Origin: Bacillota bacterium
GTDB lineage: Bacteria; Bacillota; Clostridia; TANB77; CAG-465
Assembly: GCA_023410645.1 (NCBI GenBank)
Contig: JAEYPQ010000023.1
Location: 3,168-67,167, forward strand
Reading direction: 5' to 3'
Length of the DNA stretch: 64,000 nucleotides
Position 1 is the stretch's first letter. Each line of letters starts with the position of its first letter. The notes under the pieces are model-generated. The model made no database searches. It was not told the DNA's origin and saw only the letters and a program-made list of their open reading frames with translations. The position numbers and the translations under genes were made by a program. Below are positions 60,239-64,000 of this stretch, one piece after another.

Positions 60239-61006
60239 ATGAAGGAAGTTATAAAATTTAACCTTAAAGGTATAAGTGGTATATTTAAAAAATCTGATAG
60301 TAATACTACATATTTTACATATAATAATATTCATAAAATTGCTTTACTTGGAATAATAGGATCAATAATCGGTGAAAATGGTTATAACTATAATAGTTTA
60401 TTTAAGGACAAGCAAAATAAATTACCTGATTTTTATAATTCATTAAAAAACTTAAAAGTTGGTATTAAACCGAACGCGAATAATATATTTACAAAAAAAA
60501 TACAATCTTTCAATAATAGTGTTGGATATGCCTCAAAAGAAGATGGAAATAATTTAATTGTATCAGAACAATGGATTGAAAACCCATCATGGGATATATA
60601 TATTTTGAAAGATGATAGTCCACAGTATAAAAAGTTAAAGGAGTATCTTATTGATAAAAAATGTGAATATATACCATATATAGGTAAAAATGATCATTTT
60701 GCAAATATAAATGATGTGAAAATTTTAGATGCTAGTATACTTAATAATGTAATAAAAATAGATAGCATTTTTAAAGAAATAGATTATACCATAGTTGATG
60801 ACATGGTGGATATAATTTATGGATTTGATACAAAAAAAGAAATAAAATATGAATATAAAGAGGTATTACCAATAAGTCTTGATAGCAAAATTGGGTATAC
60901 TGATTTCAAAGAATTTGTGTATACAAATAATGAGATAAATATTAATAATAAGTCTGATATAAACGATATATATGAGATAGATAAAGATAATATTTATTTC
61001 TTTTAG
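60239..61006 (+). CDS. cas5: Cas5 (I-B)
   Basis: 255 aa protein between cas7 and cas3. Confidence 0.7.
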   Translation: MKEVIKFNLKGISGIFKKSDSNTTYFTYNNIHKIALLGIIGSIIGENGYNYNSLFKDKQNKLPDFYNSLKNLKVGIKPNANNIFTKKIQSFNNSVGYASKEDGNNLIVSEQWIENPSWDIYILKDDSPQYKKLKEYLIDKKCEYIPYIGKNDHFANINDVKILDASILNNVIKIDSIFKEIDYTIVDDMVDIIYGFDTKKEIKYEYKEVLPISLDSKIGYTDFKEFVYTNNEININNKSDINDIYEIDKDNIYFF

Positions 61007-61017
61007 GTGAGGTAAAA

Positions 61018-63441
61018 ATGTATAATAAGTATATAGAAGCAATTTTTATTAAAGATATGATATTTTATGCACATACAAAAGAAGGCGGCCCAAAAGAGCC
61101 GCTTTATGATCATTTAAAACTTACATATAGTTATTATGAAAAGATGGAGAAATATAAAAACTTAAATATTATTATAAGAAATATAATTAAAAATTTAGGT
61201 AAAAATATAACCGAAAATGTACTAAATTATGCTTATGATTTATTTAAATCTGCAGTATTTTATCACGATATTGGAAAAATAAATCCAGTTTTTCAGATCA
61301 AGAATATGAATAATAATATAACAGATAAAGAAATTAATAGTAATTCAGAACATGCAATATTTTCAGCTAGAATATATATTGATGCATATATAAAAGATAT
61401 AATTGATAATAAAGATATATTTTCGCTTGAAGATACAATTTTTCTAATTTATCTTACATATACATTTGGTTATGTTATATCTAGACATCATACTGGACTT
61501 ACTAATATAGATAAATTTACATCTGATTTATTTTCTATTGATTTAGATGATATATATACATTTAAATTAGAAGATATTACATTGAAAAAAATATTGGATT
61601 CTTCAAATTTAGAAAAAATATGCAAAAATTTAGAAATAAATGGTGAATCAATATATATATTAAATAAATTATTGTATTCCATTTTAGTAACGGCTGATTA
61701 TTACGCAACATATGAATATGTGAGTGGAAAAAGTGTAGAATTTGATATAAAAAAAGATTATAAATTATTTGATAAATACAAAAGTAGTGAGTTATTTAAC
61801 AAAATAAATGATTATAAAAATAATAAGATAAATATACAAGGAATAAATAAATTAAGAAGTGACATGTTTATTGAAAGTGAAGATGTAATAAAAAATAATA
61901 TTGATAGGAATATATTTTATTTAGAGGCTCCGACTGGTGCTGGAAAAACGAATATTTCTATAAATCTTGCAAGGATAATATATGAGAATTTAGAATCTAT
62001 TAACTCTATTAATTATATATTTCCATTTAATACACTAATTGAACAAACGAGTAACACTTTTAAAAAATACTTTAAGGAATATGACGATTATATAGTAATT
62101 AATTCTATTAATTCAATGGTTGATGAGAAGAAAGAAATACTAGATTATGAATCAGCATATATTCAAAATTCATTTTGTCACTATAATATTCAAATTACTT
62201 CACATGTGAATTTATTCGATATATTATTTGGAGTTCATAAATCATCAAATTATACTTTATATAACTTTATAAATAGTATTGTTATAATAGATGAAATTCA
62301 GGCATATAGCAATGAAATTTGGAGAAATATAATTAATATGCTTGATAAATATGCTAGTCTTTTAAATATAAAATTCATTATAATGTCAGCAACTTTACCT
62401 AGATTAGATAAAATGCTAGGTAGTCATGATTCACAATATTGTAATTTAATTAAAAATAGGGATTTGTATTATGACAATGAATTATTTAAAGGTAGAGTAA
62501 AATTAGATTATAGTTTATTAGATTCTGAAATTAATATTGAATTGTTAAAAGAAAAAGTATTACAGTATAAGAATAAAAAGGTTTTACTTGAATTTATTAA
62601 AAAGCAAACGGCACGTGAGTTTTATAATTTAATAAAATCTGATATAAATAATGTGTATGAATTAACAGGTGATGATAATAATTATAATAGAAAAAAAATA
62701 ATTGAAATCATAAATAAAAGTGATAATGTTATTGTAGTGGCAACACAGACAATTGAGGCTGGTGTTGATATAGATATGGATGTTGGATTTAAAGATATAT
62801 CATTTTTAGATAGTGAGGAACAATTCCTAGGTAGAATAAATAGATCCTGTAAAAAAAGTGATTGTGTTGCATTTTTCTTTAATTTAGATGATGCAAAGAC
62901 AGTATATAAAAGAGATTTCAGATTAGAATATGATTTAAATAATGTGGAGTCAAGAAAAGTATTAGAAGATAAGAATTTTATTACATTCTATGAAAAAGTG
63001 CTAGAAAAAATATATAATTCAACAGAAGAATATAATAAAAATAATATTGTAAATTTATATATTCAATGTTTAAGATTAGACTATGAAAATGTAAGTAATA
63101 AATTGAAATTAATAGATAATAATACATATCAGATTTTCTTAAATCATACTATATATGCTAGTGATGAGATAATAATTGGAAATGAAGTATGGAATAAATA
63201 TAAGGAAATTTGTGTAAATAATAAATACTCTTTTGCATACAAATCAATTGAATTATCTAAATTAAAAGAAAAATTTAATCTATTTATATATAATATGTAT
63301 GATAATTCTGGAAATAGTTGCAAACATTATGATGAAAAATTAGGAAATGTTTTTTATATAGAGAATGGTGAGGACTATATTGAAGACGGAAAATTTAATA
63401 GAATAAAATACCAAGAATCAGTAGGAGGAATATTTCTATGA
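61018..63441 (+). CDS. cas3: Cas3 helicase-nuclease (HD plus DExH)
   Basis: N-terminal HD domain (HTKEG...FYHDIGK), Walker A LEAPTGAGKT and DEIQ motif VIIDEIQAY. Confidence 0.9.
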   Translation: MYNKYIEAIFIKDMIFYAHTKEGGPKEPLYDHLKLTYSYYEKMEKYKNLNIIIRNIIKNLGKNITENVLNYAYDLFKSAVFYHDIGKINPVFQIKNMNNNITDKEINSNSEHAIFSARIYIDAYIKDIIDNKDIFSLEDTIFLIYLTYTFGYVISRHHTGLTNIDKFTSDLFSIDLDDIYTFKLEDITLKKILDSSNLEKICKNLEINGESIYILNKLLYSILVTADYYATYEYVSGKSVEFDIKKDYKLFDKYKSSELFNKINDYKNNKINIQGINKLRSDMFIESEDVIKNNIDRNIFYLEAPTGAGKTNISINLARIIYENLESINSINYIFPFNTLIEQTSNTFKKYFKEYDDYIVINSINSMVDEKKEILDYESAYIQNSFCHYNIQITSHVNLFDILFGVHKSSNYTLYNFINSIVIIDEIQAYSNEIWRNIINMLDKYASLLNIKFIIMSATLPRLDKMLGSHDSQYCNLIKNRDLYYDNELFKGRVKLDYSLLDSEINIELLKEKVLQYKNKKVLLEFIKKQTAREFYNLIKSDINNVYELTGDDNNYNRKKIIEIINKSDNVIVVATQTIEAGVDIDMDVGFKDISFLDSEEQFLGRINRSCKKSDCVAFFFNLDDAKTVYKRDFRLEYDLNNVESRKVLEDKNFITFYEKVLEKIYNSTEEYNKNNIVNLYIQCLRLDYENVSNKLKLIDNNTYQIFLNHTIYASDEIIIGNEVWNKYKEICVNNKYSFAYKSIELSKLKEKFNLFIYNMYDNSGNSCKHYDEKLGNVFYIENGEDYIEDGKFNRIKYQESVGGIFL

Positions 63442-63929
63442 ATATAAATGGTACTATGGTAAATTATTATTTTCATTGTAAAAGACAATGTTATTTATTT
63501 GCAAATAGAATAAATTTAGAAGATAATTCGGAAGATGTTAGAATAGGCAGGATAATACATGAAATAAAGGCTGAAACAGAAAACAATTCTGAAATTAAAA
63601 TTGAAAATATATCTGTTGATAAAATAACAAGTAAATATGTGATAGAATTAAAAAAAAGTGATGCTGATATCAATGCGGCCAAAATGCAAGTGTTATTTTA
63701 TTTAGATAAATTAAGGTCTAAAGGAATAATCAGAGAAGGTAAATTAAAGTTTTCAGAAAAAAACACTAATGAAATATCCGAGATTATAAGTTTAAGTGAT
63801 GAAAATCAAAAGAAATTAGAAGAATGTAAAAAATCTATATATGAATTAATTACATCTGATATAGCTCCAGAGCCAAGCAAAATAAAAGGATGTAAAAAAT
63901 GCGCCTATTATGAATATTGCTATATATAG
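63438..63929 (+). CDS. cas4: Cas4 (RecB-like nuclease with an Fe-S cluster)
   Basis: Cys ligands: N-terminal C...C and C-terminal CKKCAYYEYC. The gene overlaps the cas3 stop. Confidence 0.8.
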   Translation: MNINGTMVNYYFHCKRQCYLFANRINLEDNSEDVRIGRIIHEIKAETENNSEIKIENISVDKITSKYVIELKKSDADINAAKMQVLFYLDKLRSKGIIREGKLKFSEKNTNEISEIISLSDENQKKLEECKKSIYELITSDIAPEPSKIKGCKKCAYYEYCYI

Positions 63930-63938
63930 GAGGTGTAA

Positions 63939-64000
63939 ATGAAAGAAGAAACAAAATATATATTTTCTACTGGTGATTTATCAAGAGAAGATTTCTCAAT
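63939..64000 (+). CDS. cas1: Cas1, truncated at the 3' end by the window edge
   Basis: The ORF begins MKEETKYIFSTGDLSR directly after cas4 and runs off the window. Confidence 0.6.
   Translation, partial: MKEETKYIFSTGDLSREDFS

Overview
This is an AT-rich, low-GC Firmicutes chromosomal segment; the codon usage, SpoIVA and the repeat style point to a Clostridium-like organism. It is mostly core housekeeping DNA: a 5'-truncated nrdD, nrdG and nrdR, then nth, rpmB, pyk, spoIVA, alr, dnaE, plsY, plsX, comEC, smpB, era, recO, glmU and rmuC. Three accessory elements interrupt it. (1) One 7.4-kb gene encodes a two-module NRPS with a terminal reductase domain (C-A-T-C-A-T-R), the architecture that releases (N-acyl) dipeptide aldehydes. 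It is co-transcribed with an orphan membrane histidine kinase. (2) A type I-B CRISPR-Cas locus has a 36-spacer array followed by cas6, cas8b, cas7, cas5, cas3, cas4 and cas1, which runs off the window end. (3) Several unusual small features stand out. A 94-aa ORF between nrdD and nrdG carries a near-identical duplicate of the NrdD C-terminal glycyl-radical segment, plausibly a GrcA-like spare part for class III RNR. A pilin-like gene with an ALK-type glycine-rich domain is disrupted by two single-C insertions. An ABC-2 exporter operon sits behind a leader that contains a 5-codon uORF overlapping an intrinsic terminator. Two CRISPR spacers come from overlapping opposite-strand positions of the same protospacer. 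All calls rest on reading the ORF translations and the nucleotide sequence by eye; no database search was possible.
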